Of a stretch of 64,000 bases of DNA, positions 18,094 to 27,400 are shown piece after piece (position 1 is the stretch's first letter; the number at the start of each line of letters is the position of its first letter). Below the pieces are notes generated by a model. It saw only the letters and a list, made by a program, of their open reading frames with translations. It made no database searches and was not told the origin of the DNA. Position numbers and translations under genes: made by a program. Location of the stretch: positions 47,018 to 111,017 of the forward strand of contig JBCCEF010000015.1 of the NCBI GenBank assembly GCA_039030395.1, written 5' to 3'. The stretch comes from Acidobacteriota bacterium. GTDB lineage: Bacteria; Acidobacteriota; Thermoanaerobaculia; Multivoradales; JBCCEF01.

Positions 18094-19368
18094 ATGATCC
18101 GCAGACTGTCCACTCTCCTCGTCCTCGCCGCGCTCGCGGCCTGCACCAACTTCTCGGAACAGAACCAGGCGGGCTCATGGGGCGGCGGCTCTCCGCCGCG
18201 ATCCGGCTCCACCGTGGCGATCGTTGACGTCTCGGTGCTGCCGATGGACCGCGAAGTTGTGCTGCCCCATCAAACCGTTCTCATCGTCGGCCAGCGAATC
18301 ACCGCCCTCGGACCCAGCGACTCCGTCGATATTCCCGAAGACGCCCTGCAGATCGACGGCAGCGGCCGCTTCCTGATGCCTGGGTTGTCCGACATGCATG
18401 CCCACCTGCGGCGGAAGGACGGCCACCTGCCGCAGGACTACCTGCACCAGGGCATCACCGTCATCCGCAACATGGCGGGCGACCCAGACCATCTGAGACT
18501 GCGCGAGGCGCTCGAGGCCGGGGAGCACTCCGGGCCGCTCTTCTACACCACCGGACGGCCCCTCACCAGCAGCGACCTGTTCCCCTCCCACCGCTTGGTC
18601 GAAACCGCCGCCGAAGGCCGGGCCGCGGTCCGCGAACAGTCGGCCGCGGGATTTGACTACGTGAAGGTCTATAGCCTGCTCTCCAAGGACGCCTTCGACG
18701 GGATCGCCGCCGAGGCCGCGGCTCTCGGCATGCCGGTCATCGGCCATGTCAGCGACCTGGTCCGTCTGCACCACTCCATCGAGCGGGGCATGTCCTCGGT
18801 CGAACACTTCTACGGTTACTTCTGGGAACTCGAATCGGAGACCTCGAGCCTCGCCGGTGAGTGGGCGCCACAACCGCTGTTCCACGCCGTCGAGATCGAT
18901 CCGGCCAAGCTCAGGGAGCTGGCCGAGCTGACCGCCGAAGCCGGGGTTTGGAACTGCCCCACCCTGTGGCGCAAGAACCACTATTTGACCGCGCCGGTCG
19001 CCCAAGAAGCCTGGAACGACCCCGCCCTGCGAGCCCTGGGGGAGGCCAACCGTCTCGCCCTGGTCAAGGCCCTGCACGATGCCGGCGCCGGCCTCCTCAC
19101 CGGCACCGACGACCGCGCCGAAGTGATCCACGAAGAACTGGCGCTGTTTGTCGAAGCGGGACTCACCCCCTACGAGACCCTCCGCGCCGCCACCGTCAAT
19201 GCCGCCACCTACTTCGCGGCAGCGGACGATTTCGGAACCGTAGCGGTCGGCCGCCGCGCCAACCTGGTGCTGCTCGACGCCAATCCGCTGGCGGACATCC
19301 GCCACACGCGGGCGATCCACGGAGTGCTGATCAACGGGGACTGGATGCCGCTGACCACCACCGGCTAG
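18094..19368 (+). CDS. Amidohydrolase-family lipoprotein (metal-dependent hydrolase)
   Basis: Lipoprotein-like signal (MIRRLSTLLVLAALAAC). MPGLSDMHAHL metal-binding motif of the amidohydrolase superfamily. RBS agggagg. Confidence 0.7.
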   Translation: MIRRLSTLLVLAALAACTNFSEQNQAGSWGGGSPPRSGSTVAIVDVSVLPMDREVVLPHQTVLIVGQRITALGPSDSVDIPEDALQIDGSGRFLMPGLSDMHAHLRRKDGHLPQDYLHQGITVIRNMAGDPDHLRLREALEAGEHSGPLFYTTGRPLTSSDLFPSHRLVETAAEGRAAVREQSAAGFDYVKVYSLLSKDAFDGIAAEAAALGMPVIGHVSDLVRLHHSIERGMSSVEHFYGYFWELESETSSLAGEWAPQPLFHAVEIDPAKLRELAELTAEAGVWNCPTLWRKNHYLTAPVAQEAWNDPALRALGEANRLALVKALHDAGAGLLTGTDDRAEVIHEELALFVEAGLTPYETLRAATVNAATYFAAADDFGTVAVGRRANLVLLDANPLADIRHTRAIHGVLINGDWMPLTTTG

Positions 19369-19548
19369 AGCACTCTCAACGTCGACTCCAACAAGCGGTC
19401 CCCATCGTTGACCTACCGCAGGCCGTCGGTCCATACTGGGGTCGCCATGCAGCGCTACATCCAGGAGAACGCGACCACGGTCCATCCGAACGCCACTTTC
19501 AAGAGGGCGCGCGGCCGCTCCTGATCGCTGAGTAGCGAAAACAGTCCA

Positions 19549-19584
19549 AACGGCCCGCGCATTACCGCGGGCCGTTGCCGTTTC
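19549..19584 (+). terminator. GC-rich perfect hairpin (11-bp stem, 6-nt loop), possible terminator or REP-like element
   Basis: AACGGCCCGCG cattac CGCGGGCCGTT followed by gccgTTTCT. Lies 180 bp past the amidohydrolase stop, so its role is uncertain. Confidence 0.3.
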
Positions 19585-19624
19585 TAGGGTCCGCGGGCGA
19601 AGGGTCGGACACGGAGGTTCGAAC

Positions 19625-21313
19625 ATGTGCTCCATCCTCGGCATCCTCGACATTCGCAAAGACCCAGAGTCTCTGCGCAGACTCGCCCTCGAGCTGTCCC
19701 TTCGGCAGCGGCACCGCGGCCCCGATTGGAGCGGCATCTACGCCGACGACCGCGCCGTGCTGGCCCACGAACGGTTGGCGATCGTAGACCCACTCGGCGG
19801 CGCCCAGCCCCTGTTGTCGCCAGACGGGCGCTACGTGCTAGCGGTCAACGGCGAAATCTACAACCACCAGGAATTGCGTCGCGACCTGCCCCACCACGAG
19901 TTCCAAACGGCTTCGGACTGCGAGCCGATTCTGGCTCTGCACGCCGCATCGCCGGCGGATCCAGTGCGCTGGCTGGAGACCCTCAACGGGATCTTCGCTT
20001 TCGTGCTTCACGATCGCGAGTCGGGTCGCTGGCTGGCCGCCAGGGATCCGGTGGGTGTGGTACCGCTTTACACGGGCCAGGATGCGGACGGTCAGCGTTT
20101 CTTTGCGTCGGAGATGAAGGCCCTGACCGGCGTCTGCCACCACATCGAGCAGTTTCCACCGGGCTCCTTTCAGACCCGCGAGATGGCCGCGCCGACCCGG
20201 TACTACGCACCCTCGTGGCGTGAGTTCACTGCGGTCGAAGGCCGGCCCTACGAGGCAGCCTCGCTCCGTTCGGCCCTCGATGCCGCGGTGGAGCGGCAGA
20301 TGATGTGCGACGTTCCCTACGGCGTCCTCCTCTCCGGAGGGCTCGATTCATCGCTCATCGCCGCCTTAGCAGCGCGCCATGCTCGGCACCGGATCGAGAC
20401 GGGTGGACGGGAGGAAGCCTGGTGGCCGCAACTCCACTCCTTCGCCATCGGCCTCGCAGGGTCTCCGGATCTCGAAGCCGCCCAGCTCGCGGCGGATGCG
20501 ATCGAAACGGTCCATCATCCATTCACCTTCACCCTTCAGGAAGGCCTCGATGCGTTGCGCTCGGTCATCTACCACCTGGAGACCTTCGACGTCACGACGG
20601 TGCGTGCCTCGACTCCGATGTTCCTGCTGGCGCGGCGCATCAAGGCCATGGGAATCAAGATGGTCCTGTCGGGAGAGGGGGCCGACGAGATCTTCGGCGG
20701 CTATCTCTACTTCCACAAAGCGCCGGACGCCCGCGCCTTCCACGAAGAGACCGTGCGCAAGCTCGATGCCCTCCACATGTTCGATTGTCTTCGCGCCAAC
20801 AAAGCGATGGCCGCTTGGGGAGTGGAGGCACGGGTGCCCTATCTCGATCGCAAGTTTCTCGATATGGCCATGGCCTTCGACCCGATCGAGAAGATGGTTC
20901 GCACGGGACGGATGGAAAAGCACCTCCTTCGCGCCGCCTTCGATGGGGTCCTGCCAGAATCGATCCTCTGGCGACAAAAAGAGCAGTTTTCCGACGGCGT
21001 GGGCTATGGCTGGATCGACGGGCTGCGGGACCATGCCGCGCGGGTGGTGGACGAGAGAGATCTCGCCGCAGCAGCCGAGCGCTTCAACCATGCACCGCCG
21101 ACCACCGCCGAGGGATACCTGTACCGCTCGACCTTCGAAGAGCTCTTCCCCGGCCCAGCACCGGCCGCAACGGTCCCAGGAGGTAAATCGATCGCCTGCT
21201 CGACGCCGGCGGCATTGGAATGGGACGCCTCCTTCGCCGCTGCCGCCGACCCTTCCGGTCGCGCGGTCGATGGGGTGCACAAGGCGTCCTATGGCGGGCC
21301 GAAGGCGAGCTGA
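19625..21313 (+). CDS. asnB: Asparagine synthetase B (glutamine-hydrolysing)
   Basis: N-terminal MCSILGIL (Cys2 nucleophile), GATase-II domain, SGGLDSS PP-loop and full-length collinearity with AsnB. Confidence 0.9.
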   Translation: MCSILGILDIRKDPESLRRLALELSLRQRHRGPDWSGIYADDRAVLAHERLAIVDPLGGAQPLLSPDGRYVLAVNGEIYNHQELRRDLPHHEFQTASDCEPILALHAASPADPVRWLETLNGIFAFVLHDRESGRWLAARDPVGVVPLYTGQDADGQRFFASEMKALTGVCHHIEQFPPGSFQTREMAAPTRYYAPSWREFTAVEGRPYEAASLRSALDAAVERQMMCDVPYGVLLSGGLDSSLIAALAARHARHRIETGGREEAWWPQLHSFAIGLAGSPDLEAAQLAADAIETVHHPFTFTLQEGLDALRSVIYHLETFDVTTVRASTPMFLLARRIKAMGIKMVLSGEGADEIFGGYLYFHKAPDARAFHEETVRKLDALHMFDCLRANKAMAAWGVEARVPYLDRKFLDMAMAFDPIEKMVRTGRMEKHLLRAAFDGVLPESILWRQKEQFSDGVGYGWIDGLRDHAARVVDERDLAAAAERFNHAPPTTAEGYLYRSTFEELFPGPAPAATVPGGKSIACSTPAALEWDASFAAAADPSGRAVDGVHKASYGGPKAS

Positions 21314-21636
21314 CGCGGGACGCGTCAGTACGCCGGCTGGCTGGTCCTCGGCGACCTTCCCTCACAAGTCACCCTCATTGGCGGCGGACTTCCAGTCCTG
21401 GAGATGAACGTAAGCCAACGGACGGGCAAGAGTGTACCCACTCCCCGAGCCTCCCTCCGCTCTGGGTAGCTCTTCCACCGTCAGGCCGTGCGGAGCCTGC
21501 CGAACATCCCGCCTATCGCTTCCAGACTTCTCGCAAGCCAAACGGAGATCCAGCCCCATCCAACCGGGGCGCGGTTATCCTTGCAAGATTCATCGCTACA
21601 TACCTATATCTTACTGAAACTTGCGGAGGGCGCTCA

Positions 21637-22599
21637 ATGCATCTACAGGAAGCGGTAAACCAATTCCTCGCAGGGTACTTTTCGACTCACGCCCGCAGTC
21701 CGAGGACCATCGCGGCCTACAGCAGCGATCTCGACCAATTCGCAGCTCACGTCGAACCGGTCCGCCCCCTGCACTCCATCGGCCCGGTCGACGCGGAATC
21801 GTGGGCGAGCGATCTCAAGTCCCTGGGACTGGCCCCGGCATCGATTCGCCGCAAACTCGCGGTGCTCAAAGTGTTTTTCAACTACTGGGTCCGGCGAGGC
21901 GAGCTGGAGCGCTCGCCCCTCTGGCTGGTGCGTTTCGACATCGGCAAGGTGAAGCCCTTGACCCGAACTCTGACGGTGCGGGAAATGTCCTCTCTCCTCC
22001 ACCAGGCGCGCGCCAGAGCCGAGCCCATCCCGCAGCGTCTCCTGCCTGAAATCGACAAGCGATTCCTCGCCCTGAGGAACTGGGCCATCGTGGAACTCCT
22101 CTTCGCCACCGGAATCCGCGTCGGCGAGGCCACCAGCATCCTCCTCGGCGACCTGATCCTCGACCAGCGAACCATCCTCATCCGCGGCAAAGGAGGGCGC
22201 CAGCGCCTCGCACTCCTGACCGAGAAAACCAGCTATCGGGCCATCACCGCCTACCACCGACAGCGTGTGGCGCAAAGCGCCAGCACCGAGGCGCTCTTCC
22301 TCAACCGCCGCCGCAATCCGCTCTCCACCCAGGGAGTCGCGGGAATGCTCAGCGCCCTGTGCCGCGAGACCGGCATCACCCGCCGGGTGACACCGCACAT
22401 GCTGCGCCACACCGCCGCGACCTTCCTCCTCCACAACGGCGCCGACCTCCGCATCGTGCAGGAGTTCCTCGGCCACGCCTCCATCACGACCACCCAGCGA
22501 TACACGCATGTCAGCCCGTCACACCTGAAAGCCGCACTACTTCGGTTTCATCCTCGTACCGGACTCTGCGCCTGGAAGAAGTCCGAAGCGAACCCGTAG
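21637..22599 (+). CDS. Tyrosine site-specific recombinase (XerC/XerD-like integrase)
   Basis: C-terminal catalytic signature HMLRHTAATFLLHNGADLRIVQEFLGHASITTTQRYTHV (R..H..R..Y) and N-terminal SAM-like domain. RBS ggaggg. Confidence 0.8.
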   Translation: MHLQEAVNQFLAGYFSTHARSPRTIAAYSSDLDQFAAHVEPVRPLHSIGPVDAESWASDLKSLGLAPASIRRKLAVLKVFFNYWVRRGELERSPLWLVRFDIGKVKPLTRTLTVREMSSLLHQARARAEPIPQRLLPEIDKRFLALRNWAIVELLFATGIRVGEATSILLGDLILDQRTILIRGKGGRQRLALLTEKTSYRAITAYHRQRVAQSASTEALFLNRRRNPLSTQGVAGMLSALCRETGITRRVTPHMLRHTAATFLLHNGADLRIVQEFLGHASITTTQRYTHVSPSHLKAALLRFHPRTGLCAWKKSEANP

Positions 22600-22679
22600 C
22601 TCGCCCCACCCATGGAGAGAAGGTCTCAACCAGATTGCTGTGAAAAACATAACTAGAGATTATCGAGCAACAGCAATCC

Positions 22680-23507
22680 ATGATTCCGGTCCCAAAGCCC
22701 CTAGAGCTGGCCTCTCTCGAATGGTTGCTTGCCCATCACGGTGCCAAGGAACTTGACCGCATTGGAGTTGTCAATGACCTAGGAATTGCACCAGACAGTG
22801 ATGTCCTCGACGTCGCTTGTGGTCCCTGTCTATGGACGAATTTACTAGCCGACAAGATCGGACCTTCAGGACGTCTCTACTCCTTGGACCTAAGCATGGA
22901 GTTGCTCGCCTACGGAAAGGGAAGGCTTCGCGAGAGGCCACCTCGAGCGCCAACGACTGTTGTCAGGGCCAATTTTCAAGAACTGCCGTTTCCATCAGCA
23001 TCGTTCGATTGCATATTCTTTAGCAATGGACTCGCCTACGCCGCCAACCCCTTGAAGGCCCTCTACGAACAGAAGCGAGTCGCCCGACCGGGAGGAAGGG
23101 TCGTAGCGAGGCATTGGAACAACTCAGTGACGATCTTTCACCCAGTGCCCGTAGACTTGCTTTTCGAGGTTCAACTAGGGGTTGCCCGATCACTCGAGTC
23201 TCAGGTCGGCACGCCCCTTCGAAATTTTTTTGGCCAAAGGCTTCACGGCCTCTTTCTTGCTGCTGACTTTCAAAGGATCTCGACCAAGACGAGCGCCGTC
23301 CAGTTCCTGGCACCCTTGAGTTCTGATGCCAGAAACTACCTAACAGAAAAAGCTGAATGGATGGGACGCCGAGCCCGACCCTTGATGTCCAGTGGAAATC
23401 ACTCCCGCTGGCTCTCCTATTTCCAGGAAGGTTCGCCCAACTTCATCCTTGATCGGGATGACTTCTATTTCTGCACCATCGAGATCCAGACAACAGGGAG
23501 AACATAG
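22680..23507 (+). CDS. Class I SAM-dependent methyltransferase
   Basis: Motif I VLDVACGPC and motif-II-like SFDCIFFSNGL in low-GC island DNA. Confidence 0.65.
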   Translation: MIPVPKPLELASLEWLLAHHGAKELDRIGVVNDLGIAPDSDVLDVACGPCLWTNLLADKIGPSGRLYSLDLSMELLAYGKGRLRERPPRAPTTVVRANFQELPFPSASFDCIFFSNGLAYAANPLKALYEQKRVARPGGRVVARHWNNSVTIFHPVPVDLLFEVQLGVARSLESQVGTPLRNFFGQRLHGLFLAADFQRISTKTSAVQFLAPLSSDARNYLTEKAEWMGRRARPLMSSGNHSRWLSYFQEGSPNFILDRDDFYFCTIEIQTTGRT

Positions 23508-23508
23508 A

Positions 23509-24474
23509 GTGAGCAGGAAATTCGATCTGGTTCTAACTCCTGAGGAAAGAAAGGAAATTGAGACGAAAGTAAAGGAGATAACGTCAAGAATAACTCAATG
23601 GAAAAGAGATGACTGGATGGATGAAGTCGCGGTCGCTTCCGGAAGTCTACCCGAGAGGATCCGGAGAGCCTTGCGTCGGTTCAAGCGTGAAGAAACCGCG
23701 CCCTGGATTCGGTTGCGCAACCTTCCCTACGAGCCAGGCCAGATACCGCCGACTCCGGTCGAAATCCCGGCCAAGCCACAATCCAAAGAGGTGAGAGCCG
23801 TCGAAGTGATCCAGTGCCTACTGGCTTGTCTCGTTGGAGAACTATTTGGTTGGAGCAGTCACCAGGGGGGATCTGTCATCACAGACATCCTCCCCCAAAA
23901 GGACAAGCTGTCGGAGGCGTCAGGATCGGGCTCTGGAATCGACTTTAGCTTACATACCGAGGACGCCTTTCACCCCAATGCACCTGAGTACCTCGGGCTC
24001 ATCTGTCTACGCAACCATGGCTTGGTACCCACCGTTGTCTCCACCATACTGGATGTAGAACTTAACGAGCACGAGAAAGATATTCTATTCGAACACCGCT
24101 TCATCGTGGGCGTCAATGTCGCGCACGATGCTCCACAACCGTCTGCCCCGACGAGCATCCTTTTCGGAGACCGAAAGCAGCCCTACTTCAGATTCAATGC
24201 CAACCGACAATCAGCGGTACCAGGTGATCAAGCGGCCGCTGAGGCCTTGAAGAAGCTTGAAGCTAGCCTCTGTAATGCCCAGATTGGGATAGCACTCGAA
24301 TCCGGTGACGCTCTATTCATTGACAACTACCGAGTGGCGCATGGCCGCCCCCGATTCAAACCTAGATTTGATGGGACTGACCGCTGGCTAAAGAGGGTCT
24401 TTCTAACCGGTTCTCTTCGCTCATCAAGGGGGTTGAGAGCCAGTTCCTTGAGCCGAGTCATCCTCGCCAGTTGA
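23509..24474 (+). CDS. Clavaminate-synthase-like (TauD/TfdA superfamily) Fe(II)/2-oxoglutarate-dependent oxygenase
   Basis: H-x-E facial-triad motif (LHTEDAFH) and distal DNYRVAHGR motif as in VioC/AsnO-type amino-acid hydroxylases. The GTG start at 23509 sits 2 nt after the methyltransferase stop (assumed). Confidence 0.5.
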   Translation: MSRKFDLVLTPEERKEIETKVKEITSRITQWKRDDWMDEVAVASGSLPERIRRALRRFKREETAPWIRLRNLPYEPGQIPPTPVEIPAKPQSKEVRAVEVIQCLLACLVGELFGWSSHQGGSVITDILPQKDKLSEASGSGSGIDFSLHTEDAFHPNAPEYLGLICLRNHGLVPTVVSTILDVELNEHEKDILFEHRFIVGVNVAHDAPQPSAPTSILFGDRKQPYFRFNANRQSAVPGDQAAAEALKKLEASLCNAQIGIALESGDALFIDNYRVAHGRPRFKPRFDGTDRWLKRVFLTGSLRSSRGLRASSLSRVILAS

Positions 24475-24475
24475 T

Positions 24476-27400
24476 CTACTCCTCGCTCGTCGCGCCGAGC
24501 GCATAGAGCACAGATTGTTGCCCTCTCGTGAGGCCCTTGCTGCCCTTGAGCCTCAGTCCCTCGTAAGGCCTTGGAGCGATCATCGTCTTAACTAGGTTGC
24601 CGGTCTCTAGTTCGAAAATGTCGAGTTCCCCTGTCGCCGTACTCGCGCACAGCGAATCGCCATTTCCGACTGGGCAGACTGCTTGATAGACGTTCCGTGG
24701 GGATCGAATCACAAGATCCACCTCGCCACTTGTCAGATCCCACGCCTCAAGGGTGCCCGAGGAGGTGCAAAGAAAAAGCTTCTTCCCCAGGGCATCGAAC
24801 ATGACGGCAGTTGGGACTCCGGAAACCGGAGAAATCGTAAGGCTTTCAATGCGCCGAACGACATCCCAGATCGCGAGCCCTGACGAAGTCGCGACCGCAA
24901 AGAGTCTGCTGCTCTTAGCCACTGCGAATGGCGAGAGCTTTCCCCTAACGCCGTCAAAGTCGAGTTCAACTCTGAAAACCTCGGATCGCTCGTCCATAGA
25001 CCAGAAGCGAACGGATGAGTCGTCACCGGAGCTGACCAAGAGGCCTTCCTTCTCGAAAACAGCGACACCATGCACTCTGTCTTCGTGACCATGAAAGGCG
25101 CTAACGAGCTTCCCGGTGTGAGTGCTCCACAGTTTGACAACGGGATCTCTGTTGGAACTCCCGGTGGCCAGCAACTTTCCGCTGGTGCTCAGATCGACCG
25201 ATAGAATCCAGTCGTCGTGTGCCCTTATTCGAGCGACCTCGACGACATCAGTTTCGGTCCAGATCTTCAAGCGCTTGTCGCTACCGCCGCTGACAACAAG
25301 GCCGTGAGTTGCTGAAAGAGCCCAAATGCGTCCACGGTGCGATCCTCGACTCTCTAGGCAGGCCCCAGTATCAATATTCCACTTTCGCACGATCCCATCG
25401 TCACCTCCGCTCAGGATGCAACCGCTCTCTGTTCCAGGCACGATAGACCAAATAGAGTTGGAGTACCCGCGCAGTGAGCCAATCTTGGAACCGTCGTGCA
25501 CATCCCAGATCTTAAGGGCCTGATCTTGGCCGACGGATGCGAGCCTATCTCCATTGGGGAAGAATTTCAGGGCGCGTACCGTTCCGTCGTGCGCATTGCC
25601 AATGGTGTTCACGCAGTCGCCGCTACTCGTGGACCAGATTTTGACGGTTCTGTCTCTACTAGCAGTCGCCAAGAGATCTCGATCAGGGCTAAGAGTCACG
25701 TCCCAGATCCAACTCGAATGCCCCCTAAACTCGCAAACCAATCGGGACGAGCTAAGTTCCCAGAGGCGAGCACAGCAATCAAAACCTGCAGTGGCAAGAG
25801 TGGCGCCCTCCTTATCCAGATCTATGGAAGAGATCCAGTCAGAATGACCCTCAATATGGCGCTCAACCTGCCCGGTTTGAAGGTCGATCACCCGTATCGT
25901 GCCGTCACTGCTTCCTGAAATCACTTTAGACGCTCCGGGGATTACCTGGACCGCCCTGGTCCTACTTCCGAAGGGGCCGAACTCCTTTAAACATGTACCC
26001 GTTCGCCACTCCCAAACTCGAACCGTTCCATCCTCTCCTCCACTGACAACATGTCTTCCGCTCGTATCGAAGACAGCGGAGTTGACCCAGCTCTGATGCC
26101 CAATCAGAGTGGCTTCGCAGAAATAGTCCCTCAGTGCCCAGACTCGGACGGTTTGATCCTCACTGGCGCTGACTAGGAATCGACCATCAGGCGAAAACTC
26201 TACCGACCGGATCCAGCCGACATGGCCTTCGAGCATCGCCAGTGGCTCTTGGTCTTCGACCTTCCAGAGATGGATCACGCCCTTCGTGTCGCCGCAGGCT
26301 AGAGTCTGACCGTCCAATGTCATTGCGACGCAGTGAATGTGTCCAAACTGGCTCCGAAAGCGAACCTGTCTCAGCGTTGAGTAAGCAAGAGAGGTATTCC
26401 GCAGGTCAACCGATTGGAAGTCAACCTGCCGCACCACCAGATGGGACAGATCAAGATTCGACAGGTCGCCAAGAATCTCGATTAAGAGAGAGATCAGATT
26501 CCCGGCCACATAATCCTCTCTCGTTTCTTCTCGGCATTGACCCAACAAGTCTACAAGCAGGCTGGACAATTCATCGCGGAGAAGACCTTGCTCCTCGAAC
26601 CACTCAACAATGGGGCGCAGAATGAGCCGGCGCTGACTTCGTCGAACATAGCTCTTACTAGTCGATTTGATCAAGGCAAACCTTCGGAGCAAGTCGAATG
26701 ATGAGTCGTCGGCAAATTCTCTCTTGACTTCACTGGCCAACTTCCGGCCGATGAAGCGACCTACCCAAGATGGACTGAGCCGAATTTCATCGCCAATCTG
26801 CTGGACAAACCTACGCGTGAGATAGTCGAGTAGAACCGGCTGGAGCCCAATCCGAAGCCGCTTTCTTTCCAGGGGCATGAGTCGTTGAAGGGTATGAACC
26901 GTGCTCGCCAGTTGCTTCCTTGCATCCGATGAGAGAAGATCATCTCGAAGCTCTGGCAGAGCAACCGGCTCACGATCAATCGCAAGCCAATAAAGAACCT
27001 CCAGCTCCATCTTCGAAAGGCGCGATACATGCCAATTCAAGAGTGACTCCAGGTCCAGTATGGTCAACTCTGCTTGGTTGAGAAACTCTCGTATGTCGCC
27101 CCGATAGACAGACTGGATATGACGCGCGGCGAGCTCCAAAGCAAGGGGGTTTCCATCATAGAACTCAATCAACTTCCTCCACTCTTGGTCGCTGGCGGAG
27201 AACTTTCCGATCTCTTCGAAGATTTTCTTTCCGTTATAGACATCCAACCCCCTGAGCAATAGCGTCCGCACCGGTCTGTTATCTCCCTCCAACTTCTCAA
27301 TCTGCCTGGGCTTCTCCCTGCTGGTGAGAATCACGCAGCCCCTATGCTCAAGTTGGCCCAGGGTTAGAATCAGACGAGAGAAGGAGCTGGACGAGGCCCC

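Noticed and set aside
18175-19737. 520-aa minus-strand ORF
   Set aside because: Antisense to the amidohydrolase gene. Biased composition, no domain features.
20366-21407. Overlapping 304-aa (-) and 342-aa (+) ORFs inside asnB
   Set aside because: Alternative frames of a confidently identified asnB. Arg/Pro-rich artefacts.
21314-21636. tRNA or other att target at the island boundaries (also 28421-29158)
   Set aside because: I looked for cloverleaf-compatible segments and a GTTCGA(A/T)TCC T-loop and found none. I leave this unresolved rather than calling a tRNA.
21637-24474. Integron (intI with gene cassettes) hypothesis for the integrase + methyltransferase + oxygenase
   Set aside because: The integrase is co-directional with the downstream genes rather than divergent. 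No attC-like imperfect inverted repeats follow the cassette-sized genes. The recombinase looks XerC/D-like.
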